IMG/VR virus record: IMGVR_UViG_3300032212_000001
Origin: an uncultured virus (IMG/VR IMGVR_UViG_3300032212_000001)
Lineage: Duplodnaviria > Heunggongvirae > Uroviricota > Caudoviricetes
Strand: one strand, 5' to 3'
Length of the DNA: 64,000 bases
Every line of letters begins with the position of its first letter. The first letter of the stretch is position 1. The notes beneath the pieces are model-generated. The model was not told the origin of the DNA. It searched no databases and worked only from the letters and a program-made list of their open reading frames with translations. Positions 1-8,780 of this stretch are shown here, in pieces. The position numbers were made by a program, and so were the translations under genes.

Positions 1-90
1 CCTGAACATTTCGATAAGGGCGACATGCCGCTCATAATCAACACAATAAATAGGGAGGGACACCACGTCGCCCTTATCGAAATGTTCAGG
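1..90. repeat. 24-bp perfect inverted repeat (1-24 / 67-90) with a 42-nt loop
   Basis: cctgaacatttcgataagggcgac and its exact reverse complement gtcgcccttatcgaaatgttcagg. Confidence 0.9.
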
Positions 91-101
91 AGGTCAACAC
101 C

Positions 102-254
102 ATGAGCAGGACACGACGCCATATCAAGTCACCTGGAAAAGAACACTGGGGAAAGCGACCGGGCAATAAGGGTGGACAGACACCCGGTAAGAATGTCAAG
201 AGAAAAACTCACAAGGCCGAAAGACGAGCCTGGAAGAAAAGCCTCAAGGGTTGA
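102..254 (+). CDS. small basic hypothetical protein (50 aa, not in ORF track)
   Basis: AGGAGG at 88-93; MSRTRRHIKSPGKEHWGKRPG...KTHKAERRAWKKSLKG. Confidence 0.6.
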   Translation: MSRTRRHIKSPGKEHWGKRPGNKGGQTPGKNVKRKTHKAERRAWKKSLKG

Positions 255-494
255 TCGCGCCCCATGAGTCAAGACCTAATCCTTGCCTAATTTACATTTT
301 ACAAAACTTTTACAAATGGATTCAGGCAAGTCGAGCGGCGATCTCTAAGCAAATACCGTTCCTAAAAGAGCCCTAACGGCAAAATAATCTCAATTTACCC
401 CCTTGTGCTGTATAAGAAACGCCCGTATCTTATACAAACCGACTTGAATCAACTAACTAACTACTTAACTCACTCACGAAAAAGGAAAACGACC

Positions 495-599
495 ATGGCT
501 TATCAGGGATCACTCAAGGACCGATACGACATTTACGTGAGGTGTGCAACAGACATGGGATGGCCCATCAAGACTTTCGATGAATGGGTCAAGAGCTAA
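495..599 (+). CDS. small hypothetical protein
   Basis: AAGGA upstream of ATG 495; MAYQGSLKDRY...FDEWVKS. Confidence 0.55.
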   Translation: MAYQGSLKDRYDIYVRCATDMGWPIKTFDEWVKS

Positions 600-633
600 C
601 AATCACAATCACCTATGACAAGGAGAGAGACCA

Positions 634-978
634 ATGAACACGTTACAAAGAATATTCAATGACAACAGACGAACAAGAAACCCCAACCCAGACGCCAGCA
701 AGATACAGGCTTGCATTAAAGAAGGGTTATTCGTTGTCGTGTCAGAGGGGCCAGACTACTGCCCAAGCACAGACGCGATCATGGGCTCCATAACATACTT
801 CGACTCTGCCTTCAAGACTCGTGAGAAAGCTGAAATACAGGCCCACACCCACGAAGCCGGATGCGACGGGGAGATTTCATTCAACGTTCTCCCCGCGCTT
901 CCTCCCGTTGAGCCCAAGACACCCATGGGGAGACCAGTAACAACTAAATACGAAGAAGGCGACGACGTTCCCTTTTGA
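634..978 (+). CDS. hypothetical early protein with SSB-like acidic C-terminus (GDDVPF)
   Basis: GACAAGGAGA RBS at 617; co-oriented ORF. Confidence 0.7.
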   Translation: MNTLQRIFNDNRRTRNPNPDASKIQACIKEGLFVVVSEGPDYCPSTDAIMGSITYFDSAFKTREKAEIQAHTHEAGCDGEISFNVLPALPPVEPKTPMGRPVTTKYEEGDDVPF

Positions 979-1020
979 GCCTGACTGGTGGACGCGGGAG
1001 GTTCGATTCCTCCCCTGGCT
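978..1020 (+). ncRNA. tRNA-like mini-element (T-arm GGAGG-TTCGATT-CCTCC, closing AGCC/GGCT)
   Basis: canonical T-loop hairpin and GG-containing D-like loop, no anticodon arm; starts at the upstream stop codon. Confidence 0.45.
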
Positions 1021-1050
1021 ATTTCAATTAACACTGACAAGGAGATAACC

Positions 1051-1443
1051 GTGAAGATGAACACATTCAAAGAGATTTCAGGAATATTCAAGGTCAAGGT
1101 CAATTACCAGGACAATCCAGTCACACGAGTCGGCGTCGGCGCAGTCGAAGGGCGCGGTATCCATCACGAGTTCAACACCGGATCGGTGAAGTGGAGTAAA
1201 GGCGGAAATAGCTACGTCATTGTCCCCGTAGAGAAGGCAAGCACTAGCGATTATTACAGAGGTTGGAAGTGGACTGACCGCAAGGGCACAGGACACATCG
1301 TCGCGCTGATATCTATAAACGGTATCGGTGAAATCCGCTGGGATACTCAGAGCCCAAGAGACGCCTCGCAAGACTCATGGTATATGGACGGATTGACAAA
1401 AGAAGAAGTCACCGCGTGGGGACTCACGCCTATCAACTCTTAA
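1051..1443 (+). CDS. hypothetical protein
   Basis: GACAAGGAGA at 1036; start GTG 1051 or ATG 1057. Confidence 0.7.
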   Translation: MKMNTFKEISGIFKVKVNYQDNPVTRVGVGAVEGRGIHHEFNTGSVKWSKGGNSYVIVPVEKASTSDYYRGWKWTDRKGTGHIVALISINGIGEIRWDTQSPRDASQDSWYMDGLTKEEVTAWGLTPINS

Positions 1444-1483
1444 GCCCCAAGGTGGTTGTGGCTGGTTCGATTCCGGCCAGGGC
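1441..1483 (+). ncRNA. tRNA-like mini-element, copy 1 of an identical 43-bp repeat
   Basis: taagccccaaggtggttgtggctggttcgattccggccagggc; T-arm GCTGG-TTCGATT-CCGGC. Confidence 0.5.
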
Positions 1484-1539
1484 GATCCGGTTAAAGTGAC
1501 CGGAACTACAAAAGACAATTAGAAGAAAAGGAAATCACC

Positions 1540-1965
1540 ATGGCTTTGAATTACTACTACGGGGACGTGAAGGATAAAGATGAGTTATTCCACCCCGAGG
1601 GTCACCCGCGAGAAGGTTATATGAAAGCGTTCGCCGAGATGATCTTCATGGGCACACTTAGCGTCGGCATGAACCGAATCAAGAACAAGGAAGAGGCTAA
1701 AAAGTATTTCATTCGAGCCCGCTATGTGAACGCGCTCTCTCGCGGCAACGGACCATTCACGATCTCCCGCCACGACAGCGAGAAGGACGAATGGGTCAGC
1801 GAGGAGATCACACTGGGACAGTGCGAGCGCATGATAGGCATGAGCACTAACGCAGATAAGTGGACAGACAACCAGTTCGCAAAGAAGGCTTGGGAAGTCT
1901 TCAAGAGAGACTCTGAAGCACGTATCAAGAGAGAAACGAAGAAGCTTCAAGTCGCAAGCAAGTAA
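1540..1965 (+). CDS. hypothetical protein
   Basis: AAGGA RBS, 141-aa ORF in early block. Confidence 0.75.
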   Translation: MALNYYYGDVKDKDELFHPEGHPREGYMKAFAEMIFMGTLSVGMNRIKNKEEAKKYFIRARYVNALSRGNGPFTISRHDSEKDEWVSEEITLGQCERMIGMSTNADKWTDNQFAKKAWEVFKRDSEARIKRETKKLQVASK

Positions 1966-2005
1966 GCCCCAAGGTGGTTGTGGCTGGTTCGATTCCGGCC
2001 AGGGC
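1963..2005 (+). ncRNA. tRNA-like mini-element, copy 2 of the identical 43-bp repeat
   Basis: exact copy of 1441-1483, again starting at the TAA stop. Confidence 0.5.
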
Positions 2006-2031
2006 TGTTCAAAAATGACAAGGAGAGACAC

Positions 2032-3285
2032 ATGCAAGACATTCCAACAACACGACCCCTGGAACTCAGTAACTTGAGCGACAAGCAGCGCAAAATCCGC
2101 GACAGCTTCAGAGGATCAAAGAGCCAAATTAAGATCCTTGAAGAACTGCGCCAGGGCAAGCAGCCCAAAGAGGGGCGAAGCCTCAAGTCTCTCATCGACA
2201 AAGGGATTGTCTGCCGGAATGAGGATGGTGAAATTCTGGAAAACGCTTTCTGGGCCGAGTTCGATCTGCTCATGGACACCAAGGCGCGCCAACAGCTCGT
2301 CATGCTCTACGACAACGCACCCAAGAGAAAGAATCCTGAGCGCACCCGCCCGCACCAGGACGACCCATTCATAGTCTCCTGTGGCGTCGGCGTTGACAGC
2401 GTAGCTATCCTTGTCGGCCTTGCAAAACTCTACAAGGAAACGGGCAACAGGAAGTTCCGGCCAGACGCCATCCAATTCGCCGACACCCAAGCTGAGAAAC
2501 CCATCACCTACCAATACATCCCTATACTCAATAAATGGCTTCGCCGCCAGGGTTTCCCCTCCCTAACCGTCGTTACCCAAGTGTTCCCCAAGAGCACATA
2601 CACGAGCCCATACGAGAAGATGATCCACAACGAGACCATGCCGTCACCCGCTCTCGGTGGTGGTCACTCCTGCTCACTGTCTTGGAAGGTCGAGCCCATG
2701 AACCGCTGGTGCTCTGGCTACAAAGAGAAACACGCCAAGGCGCGGCTAACAGACGAGCAGCGCGAGGCCAAGGGCGCGTCTGGAACGTGTATGCAGGGCT
2801 GGGAAGGTGGCTGGACTCCCGCTTACCGTTGCTGGGAGCGTGGCGGCAAAGTCCTGAAGGCAATCGGCTACAACGCTGACGAGGCTCATCGTAACTGGTC
2901 TAAGACAGACGACGAGAGCTACCGCTACTGGTATCCCCTCTTAGAGTGGCAATGGGACCGTGAGCGCTGCGAGAAGGAGATCGGAAACGCCGGACTGCCG
3001 GTCCCTCAAAAGTCAGCGTGTTTCTTCTGCCCAGCCAACAAGCCAGAGGAGGTCCGGCTACTCGCCCGTGACTACCCTGAGCTTTTCGAGCAAGCTTTGC
3101 TCATGGAGCGCACAGCCCGCGACGGGAAGCACGGATTTGACACGACCCTGGGGCTTGGCCGAACGTTCTCCTGGGAAGAGGTCGCTTATGACGGTGGGCC
3201 TGTGGCCGAGAGCTTTGGATCGTCGTGCGAAAAGGAATTTACAGGCATTGGAGTTCAAGCTGGACTCTTCAGCTTTGTAGTCTGA
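2032..3285 (+). CDS. PAPS-reductase-like PP-loop (adenine nucleotide alpha hydrolase) protein
   Basis: SCGVGVDS PP-loop, FADTxAE, CSxxWK, IGYNADE, YPLLEW, P.KSACFFCP; start after RBS at 2017. Confidence 0.75.
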   Translation: MQDIPTTRPLELSNLSDKQRKIRDSFRGSKSQIKILEELRQGKQPKEGRSLKSLIDKGIVCRNEDGEILENAFWAEFDLLMDTKARQQLVMLYDNAPKRKNPERTRPHQDDPFIVSCGVGVDSVAILVGLAKLYKETGNRKFRPDAIQFADTQAEKPITYQYIPILNKWLRRQGFPSLTVVTQVFPKSTYTSPYEKMIHNETMPSPALGGGHSCSLSWKVEPMNRWCSGYKEKHAKARLTDEQREAKGASGTCMQGWEGGWTPAYRCWERGGKVLKAIGYNADEAHRNWSKTDDESYRYWYPLLEWQWDRERCEKEIGNAGLPVPQKSACFFCPANKPEEVRLLARDYPELFEQALLMERTARDGKHGFDTTLGLGRTFSWEEVAYDGGPVAESFGSSCEKEFTGIGVQAGLFSFVV

Positions 3286-3301
3286 AAAGGGGAATCGTCT
3301 C

Positions 3302-3553
3302 ATGAGAAAAGCAAAGTTCTTAGTCCAAGTGAAGAAATACGATGGGATGGGAGCAAGGAATCCATACCGGAGGCGGCGAATGAGAATGACAGCCTTCAAG
3401 ACAGTTTCAAAGCACTCATCACTGAAGGAGGCCAAGGACGATTATTTCAAGAAACGCAAGAGGCCAGGGTTACATATGTTCCGTGTCACATACAAAGGAG
3501 AGGTCGTTGTAGACCCTCTTGGCCGCAACTACCCAATCGAAGAAGGGAAATAA
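3302..3553 (+). CDS. hypothetical basic protein
   Basis: tightly packed co-oriented ORF. Confidence 0.6.
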   Translation: MRKAKFLVQVKKYDGMGARNPYRRRRMRMTAFKTVSKHSSLKEAKDDYFKKRKRPGLHMFRVTYKGEVVVDPLGRNYPIEEGK

Positions 3554-3555
3554 AC

Positions 3556-3774
3556 ATGAATCAGTGCGAAGACTACCCCTGCTGTGGACACGAATCTGGA
3601 TGTTGCCCTGACTTTGACGAGTCAGGCAAGCAACTCAATATGAAGTGTGTGTGCGGCGCATCAGTGCCGCTAGACTCACCCACTTCACTTTGCCATGGGT
3701 GCCTCAACCAACCAACGATGGACGACGAATACTATGACTACGATGACGAATACCACATGGGAGAAGATTGCTAG
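3556..3774 (+). CDS. small Cys-rich protein (CEDYPCCGH...)
   Basis: Cys clusters, acidic tail, operon packing. Confidence 0.65.
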   Translation: MNQCEDYPCCGHESGCCPDFDESGKQLNMKCVCGASVPLDSPTSLCHGCLNQPTMDDEYYDYDDEYHMGEDC

Positions 3775-3787
3775 GAAAACGTTTTCC
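3774..3787. promoter_or_regulatory. 14-bp palindrome GGAAAACGTTTTCC (representative of 23 dispersed copies)
   Basis: perfect copies at 3774, 8295, 9812, 15483, 17968, 46009; 17 further copies with 1-2 mismatches. Confidence 0.8.
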
Positions 3788-3820
3788 ACAATGAAATAAC
3801 GCAACAAGAAAGACCGAACA

Positions 3821-4012
3821 ATGAAATCAAAAATCAAGATCAAACCGAGGAAGTTCCCAGGGGCAACGAGACCCACACCTTGCGCCTGGAAGTGCAAGGC
3901 ACCAGCGCCCTCGACATTCTATGTGAGAGACCATCCTTTCAACAAAGAACTAGAAATAAGGAAGTGCCCCGACTGCCTACAAAAAACGGCTTACCCCAAG
4001 AACAAGGTCTAA
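3821..4012 (+). CDS. small Zn-ribbon-like protein
   Basis: CAWKC...CPDC. Confidence 0.5.
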   Translation: MKSKIKIKPRKFPGATRPTPCAWKCKAPAPSTFYVRDHPFNKELEIRKCPDCLQKTAYPKNKV

Positions 4013-4030
4013 AACCTAAAGAGAGCAGCG

Positions 4031-4225
4031 ATGATGATTTACTTAAAAGACTCTATTCACAAAACGCTCGTCAATCTCGTCAACGAAGACGTGGAAGCCT
4101 GGAAGAAAGAGTCTGACGAAAATAAACACAAGAATACGGAGCTTGAAAAGCTCTTTGACGCCTACGTAGCACTCAAAGGAGAACCACACCCAGACGACCA
4201 TGGAGACGAGAACAATGAGCAGTAA
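4031..4225 (+). CDS. hypothetical protein
   Basis: operon packing. Confidence 0.55.
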   Translation: MMIYLKDSIHKTLVNLVNEDVEAWKKESDENKHKNTELEKLFDAYVALKGEPHPDDHGDENNEQ

Positions 4226-4502
4226 ACAAGAGCCTATCAATACCACCAAAGAAGCGAAGCCAATAACAAACTCTGAAGGGCTTTATTATTACCCTGCGAC
4301 GGGAATCTGCATAATGCCCCCCAACAACTCTACCAACAACATTAAATTCTGCACATTCGTAGTCGTCGCAAAAAACAAATTCGAGGCTTTGGGGAAGTCT
4401 ACAACTGTCGCAGACGAATACTACAAGAAAGAAGCAATCATGGGAGCAATCGTCAGATCAGGGATCAGTGATCCTGTATCAGAATCAAATATAGCTCTCT
4501 AG
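4215..4502 (+). CDS. hypothetical protein
   Basis: GGAG RBS before ATG 4215. Confidence 0.55.
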   Translation: MSSKQEPINTTKEAKPITNSEGLYYYPATGICIMPPNNSTNNIKFCTFVVVAKNKFEALGKSTTVADEYYKKEAIMGAIVRSGISDPVSESNIAL

Positions 4503-4519
4503 TAGAAACGGCCAATGCA

Positions 4520-4954
4520 TTGATTGACAGACATATAGAAGAACTTAGAAGATACCTCCACGCGAACCCAGACGATGACCATTCGCGGCTCTCGCTGCTG
4601 AGAGCACTTGAACGAGCTGATGGAGTGAAACGAATCCCAGTCAAAGATGGTGATACTCTTACCAAAGGGCAGATTTCAGCAGTCATACCTATCGCCGATA
4701 AGAAGCCGGAAAAGCCAAAACCAAAGGGAGATGACTTTATGGTTGAAGCGAGGAACCTAATGGCTCCCGTATTCTTCTGGAGCACAGTAGTCTTCGCCCT
4801 CATGGCTGTTTATGCCTTCGGAGGAATGATCGTTACAATCCTAATGCCTGGAGACTTGTTCTGGGAGCCGTTCTTCAATTTCTTCGGAGACTTGACTATT
4901 TCGGCGTCGATAATTCTTCAAATACAAGCTGTCACCAAACAATTCAATAAATAA
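4520..4954 (+). CDS. membrane protein with TIGR02996-like N-terminal motif
   Basis: LHANPDDDHSRLSLLRALER; hydrophobic C-terminal segments. Confidence 0.55.
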   Translation: MIDRHIEELRRYLHANPDDDHSRLSLLRALERADGVKRIPVKDGDTLTKGQISAVIPIADKKPEKPKPKGDDFMVEARNLMAPVFFWSTVVFALMAVYAFGGMIVTILMPGDLFWEPFFNFFGDLTISASIILQIQAVTKQFNK

Positions 4955-4990
4955 ACAAGGAAAACGCTTTCCGAGACAAGGAGACGGTCA

Positions 4991-5254
4991 ATGAAAGCTT
5001 ACATGAAAAGGATTGCCTACGAGAGACAGCCAAGAATAAAGTATCTCGTGTTCGTTGGAAAGAACGGTCGGTCGAACCTCTACAACGTCATGTTTGTAAC
5101 AGGAGAGGACAATCATCAACACATAATATTCCACAGTAATCGAAAGCGTATTGAAGCTCATGCAGTCGGTTACTTCCAAAACCGAGGAAGCACATCAGAC
5201 AAGGCTATCAAAGCCGTATCAAAGGCAATTCGCATTGAACGCAAGACTAACTGA
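4991..5254 (+). CDS. hypothetical protein
   Basis: GACAAGGAGA at 4975. Confidence 0.65.
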   Translation: MKAYMKRIAYERQPRIKYLVFVGKNGRSNLYNVMFVTGEDNHQHIIFHSNRKRIEAHAVGYFQNRGSTSDKAIKAVSKAIRIERKTN

Positions 5255-5268
5255 CAAGGAGAGAAAAC

Positions 5269-5562
5269 ATGTTCCCATTCTACAAAGAAGCCAAGATCGT
5301 TGTCCAAGTTCGCAACGTGCCCGATGGAGAGACAATAACCAAGAGGACCGGGACGAACAAATACACGGTCTGCCGGAAAATCACTGTCTACTACAAAGGC
5401 AATGCAGACAAGCAGGAGATCAACGCAGACGGAAGCGTTGTGTTCATTACATCAAAAAACAATCCAGACAAATTCAATGCCCTTGGCGCTTTCACAGAAG
5501 TTGTTTGGCACACGACATGGGACATCATTGAAGAAATGCTTGAAGAATCAAGAAGCAAGTAA
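5269..5562 (+). CDS. hypothetical protein
   Basis: GACAAGGAGA at 5253. Confidence 0.65.
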   Translation: MFPFYKEAKIVVQVRNVPDGETITKRTGTNKYTVCRKITVYYKGNADKQEINADGSVVFITSKNNPDKFNALGAFTEVVWHTTWDIIEEMLEESRSK

Positions 5563-5933
5563 TGGGAGTCTTCGATATGGAACCAAAAACAGTCAAGGTC
5601 ACCTGCACCAAATGCGAAGGCCAGCGCTATCTCAACGGCGACCAATACGAGGGGCACAAGGGACAACCCAAGGCTTGCTATGCCTGTCATCGCACTGGTG
5701 TTCAAGAAGAGATCCCTGGAGCCCCTGACGCCGTGCCAGGGAGCGTCGTGACGATCCATAGGGGGGAATGGCACTACACATTCAAAGCGCTCTCTGAGAG
5801 GGTCGTAACGCTCCATAGCTACGTTGACAGTATCGAGTGTGGAGTAAGCCCCGCCAAGGTCACTTGGCACCCTGTCGGCATGTCTCGCTGGTTGTTCAAG
5901 AAACTCATCGATCAAGGCTACAAAATCAAATAA
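5562..5933 (+). CDS. protein with DnaJ-type CxxCxG zinc motif
   Basis: CTKCEG...CYACHRTG; TAATG coupling. Confidence 0.6.
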   Translation: MGVFDMEPKTVKVTCTKCEGQRYLNGDQYEGHKGQPKACYACHRTGVQEEIPGAPDAVPGSVVTIHRGEWHYTFKALSERVVTLHSYVDSIECGVSPAKVTWHPVGMSRWLFKKLIDQGYKIK

Positions 5934-5946
5934 GAAAGGCATTGAA

Positions 5947-6153
5947 ATGCGTAAGAACAAAGTCAAAACATTGGCAAGAAAAGTCCAAAACCACTTCGGT
6001 TGCAGCTACTCAACAGCTCGTCGCTTCGTGACTGAAAACCTGGAGGAAATCAGCGAGGACACCTCGAACCTTATCGAGTTAGCTTCGGATTTCGGACTCG
6101 TTAAGACATACTCAAAAAAACTAGAAGAAACGTTTTTGGAAACAATGGAGTAG
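5947..6153 (+). CDS. hypothetical protein
   Basis: operon packing. Confidence 0.55.
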   Translation: MRKNKVKTLARKVQNHFGCSYSTARRFVTENLEEISEDTSNLIELASDFGLVKTYSKKLEETFLETME

Positions 6154-6160
6154 AACACCA

Positions 6161-7063
6161 ATGCCGAAAATCGAATTTGATTACAGCCTAAGCTTCACCG
6201 AAAAATCCCTGGCAATGATAGAGAATATCAACCTGATACTCTTGGAATACGAAGAACAGGGATTCGACCTGACTCTCAGACAGCTCTACTACCAACTCGT
6301 CGCCCGAGACATGATCGAGAATACCCAAAAAAGCTACAAGCGCATTGGAGCCCTTGTGGGAAAGGCCCGCATGGCTGGATGCATCGACTGGGACCACCTC
6401 GTTGACAGAACCCGAAATGTGAAAACACCAGCCTTCTGGAACAGTCCCCAGGAGATCGTCGAGACATGCGCTGACCAGTTCAAAATAGACCTTTGGAAGA
6501 AACAACCACAGCGCGTAGAAGTCTGGATCGAGAAGGACGCCCTGGTAGGCGTTTTCGAGGGGATCTGTAATCGCATGAGACTTCCTCTTTTCTCCTGTCG
6601 CGGCTATACCAGCCTGAGTGAAATGTATTCAGCGGGGAACAGAATAAGAGACTACGGCGGAAACAAGCCAACGATCATACTCCACTTCGGGGACCACGAT
6701 CCCAGTGGAATCGACATGACCCGAGACATCAGGGAGAGACTCAATACCTTTGCCCAAAGAAAAGTCGTGGTTGAAAGGATTGCGCTCAACATGGAGCAGA
6801 TTGAGGAGTTCAACCCGCCCCCCAATCCTGCAAAGCTTGCCGACTCAAGGGCGAAGGATTACTGCGACAAATACGGCAACAGTTCGTGGGAACTCGACGC
6901 CTTGACCCCATCGACCCTTGAGTCACTGGTCGAAAGAAACGTCAATAGAATCGTTGACGGGAAGCTCTGGAACGAATCACTCGACAGAGAGAATGAACTT
7001 AAAACACAGCTCCAATATGTCTCTGACAATTGGATGGAAGTGATAAGAGGCCAAAATGACTAA
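6161..7063 (+). CDS. Topoisomerase VI-A/Spo11-like TOPRIM-domain protein
   Basis: LTLRQLYYQLV wHTH, VWIEKDAL, RGY, GDHDPSG, ELDAL. Confidence 0.75.
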   Translation: MPKIEFDYSLSFTEKSLAMIENINLILLEYEEQGFDLTLRQLYYQLVARDMIENTQKSYKRIGALVGKARMAGCIDWDHLVDRTRNVKTPAFWNSPQEIVETCADQFKIDLWKKQPQRVEVWIEKDALVGVFEGICNRMRLPLFSCRGYTSLSEMYSAGNRIRDYGGNKPTIILHFGDHDPSGIDMTRDIRERLNTFAQRKVVVERIALNMEQIEEFNPPPNPAKLADSRAKDYCDKYGNSSWELDALTPSTLESLVERNVNRIVDGKLWNESLDRENELKTQLQYVSDNWMEVIRGQND

Positions 7064-7346
7064 AGAAAAAGCAATCAAAGAAGAAGTTGTCATACCGTGG
7101 AGACCCCAGTGCTCTTGCTGCAAAAAGCCCATGAACGTTATCATTGAACAACCTGGATTCACTCTCAATAGGACGAGAATGTTAGACGCCGAACAAGCTC
7201 AGATTGTTGTAGAAGTCGATTATCGTTGTCAATTCTCATTCCGCCAAGAAACCTTCTCAATCCCCGCCATTATCTATCAAGGCATAAAAGACGCCTATAT
7301 CATCAAAAACAAAGATCTTTACAAAAACATAAGGAGAAGATCATGA
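7056..7346 (+). CDS. hypothetical protein
   Basis: overlapping start/stop coupling. Confidence 0.55.
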   Translation: MTKEKAIKEEVVIPWRPQCSCCKKPMNVIIEQPGFTLNRTRMLDAEQAQIVVEVDYRCQFSFRQETFSIPAIIYQGIKDAYIIKNKDLYKNIRRRS

Positions 7347-7840
7347 ACAACCAGCCTCCACCCGAATGTTTTCTTTGCGAAGAGGAAATCAACGATCCAT
7401 ACGTTCACTACGGCAAGAACAATAAACCAACATGCCTCAAGTGCTGCGAGGACCACAACGAGATCGTCGAAATAGGAATCACCTTAGATCAATACTCAGC
7501 CCTTGAAGACTATTCGAGCCTCACGCCTTTCGAGATTGGCAAATTGATTACAAAGGGCGTTGCCGCTATCCGCGTCTTGATAAAGAAGGCCCAAGACGAA
7601 AAGAACCCCTCCATTGACATCCCAATGACTAGGGATGTTGAGCAATTCATGAAAAACGGAGGGTACTACAAAAAGATCAGCGTTGAAATCCCGCGCTCCT
7701 ACAAAACAATCATCAACCAACTGGCAAGCTGGATGCCTTGCATACAGCTCAAAAGTGAGAGCGCAAGCGATTGGGTCACAATGGTCGCTCTTGGACAGAC
7801 GATCAACTCAATCAAACCCCAAGGAGGTAAAGAACAGTGA
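7343..7840 (+). CDS. Zn-finger-containing hypothetical protein
   Basis: AAGGAG RBS; CFLC...CLKC. Confidence 0.6.
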   Translation: MNNQPPPECFLCEEEINDPYVHYGKNNKPTCLKCCEDHNEIVEIGITLDQYSALEDYSSLTPFEIGKLITKGVAAIRVLIKKAQDEKNPSIDIPMTRDVEQFMKNGGYYKKISVEIPRSYKTIINQLASWMPCIQLKSESASDWVTMVALGQTINSIKPQGGKEQ

Positions 7841-8295
7841 GAGATTCTCCAATCGTGGAGCCCAAGAACAGCTTCGACGCATTGACAACATATTTGGCTC
7901 AGAGAGACATTGAACGGGATTATTGGAAGAAATCCTACAAGACCGTTTCCGAGTCTGGAGAGAGCCACATAACAATGCCTCTTGGCAAAAATACAGCCCT
8001 AAAGGCTCTTCCTCACGTCCTCGAATGGAGATTACTATTTGACGAGTATGACATCCCAGTCAAACTCGAAATTCATGGCGGCAATGTCCATTTCAAGTTC
8101 AAAAATCACAACGACGCTGAATATGCCTTCCTTATCCTTCACGAAGAACCACACAAGGCACTGACTGAAGAACAATTGAAGGAGTCTGAAGGATTGAAGC
8201 AGACAAACATGTGGAAATGGTTGCCCTTTATTGGACTGTCCTTCGTTGGTCTATTCGCAGAAATCAGCCGCAAGAAAAAGATCCTTAAGAACTAG
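7837..8295 (+). CDS. hypothetical protein with C-terminal hydrophobic segment
   Basis: GGAGG RBS, GTGA coupling. Confidence 0.6.
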   Translation: MRDSPIVEPKNSFDALTTYLAQRDIERDYWKKSYKTVSESGESHITMPLGKNTALKALPHVLEWRLLFDEYDIPVKLEIHGGNVHFKFKNHNDAEYAFLILHEEPHKALTEEQLKESEGLKQTNMWKWLPFIGLSFVGLFAEISRKKKILKN

Positions 8296-8324
8296 GAAAA
8301 CGTTTTCCCGAAAGGAAGAAATTA

Positions 8325-8585
8325 ATGCCTAAGAAGACACGGCGAGTCAACAGGTCTATAGGGGTCGAGACGGACCTCCTAGACTGGTTTGAGGAAATCG
8401 CTCACGAACGGAAGGTGAGCGTCTCTGAAGTCATGAGAGAGGCTCTCTGGCAATACAAAGAACGCAAGAACAAAGAAGAGGACAGCAATGGCACACAAAC
8501 CGAACAAAGAGAGAATGATTCTTGCGATCAGGAACATTCTGACAGATCACATCACGAAGGTCCATGTGCCCCACCAGTGGAATGA
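8325..8585 (+). CDS. ribbon-helix-helix (CopG-like) DNA-binding protein
   Basis: RSIGVETDLLDWFEEIAHERKVSVSEVMREAL. Confidence 0.65.
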   Translation: MPKKTRRVNRSIGVETDLLDWFEEIAHERKVSVSEVMREALWQYKERKNKEEDSNGTQTEQRENDSCDQEHSDRSHHEGPCAPPVE

Positions 8586-8772
8586 GGAGTTGGACGAAGA
8601 GGTTCTAGTCGTAGAAGACGAATCAGCACTCGCGAAAAGCCTTTACACATTCTTTGACGAACTCCAAGACGCCATAAACAAAAAGCATGGTGAACTCTTG
8701 GACGCTGAAATCGAAAAGACTGCCAAGGAGCTGGGATTCAAGCTCAAGACACAGACACCAAAGAATGAATAA
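8488..8772 (+). CDS. hypothetical protein
   Basis: GAGG RBS; protein-like composition. Confidence 0.55.
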   Translation: MAHKPNKERMILAIRNILTDHITKVHVPHQWNEELDEEVLVVEDESALAKSLYTFFDELQDAINKKHGELLDAEIEKTAKELGFKLKTQTPKNE

Positions 8773-8780
8773 ATAATTAC

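Noticed and set aside
978..1020. Complete tRNA or tmRNA gene
   Set aside because: Only about 43 nt; no anticodon arm, no 7-bp acceptor stem, no CCA.
1441..2005. Identical 43-bp repeats as a CRISPR array
   Set aside because: Only two copies, about 480 bp apart with a full gene between them; no cas genes.
1978..2031. N-terminal extension of the PAPS-like ORF, and likewise 988-1050
   Set aside because: These extensions translate the tRNA-like elements; the true starts follow the GACAAGGAGA RBS.
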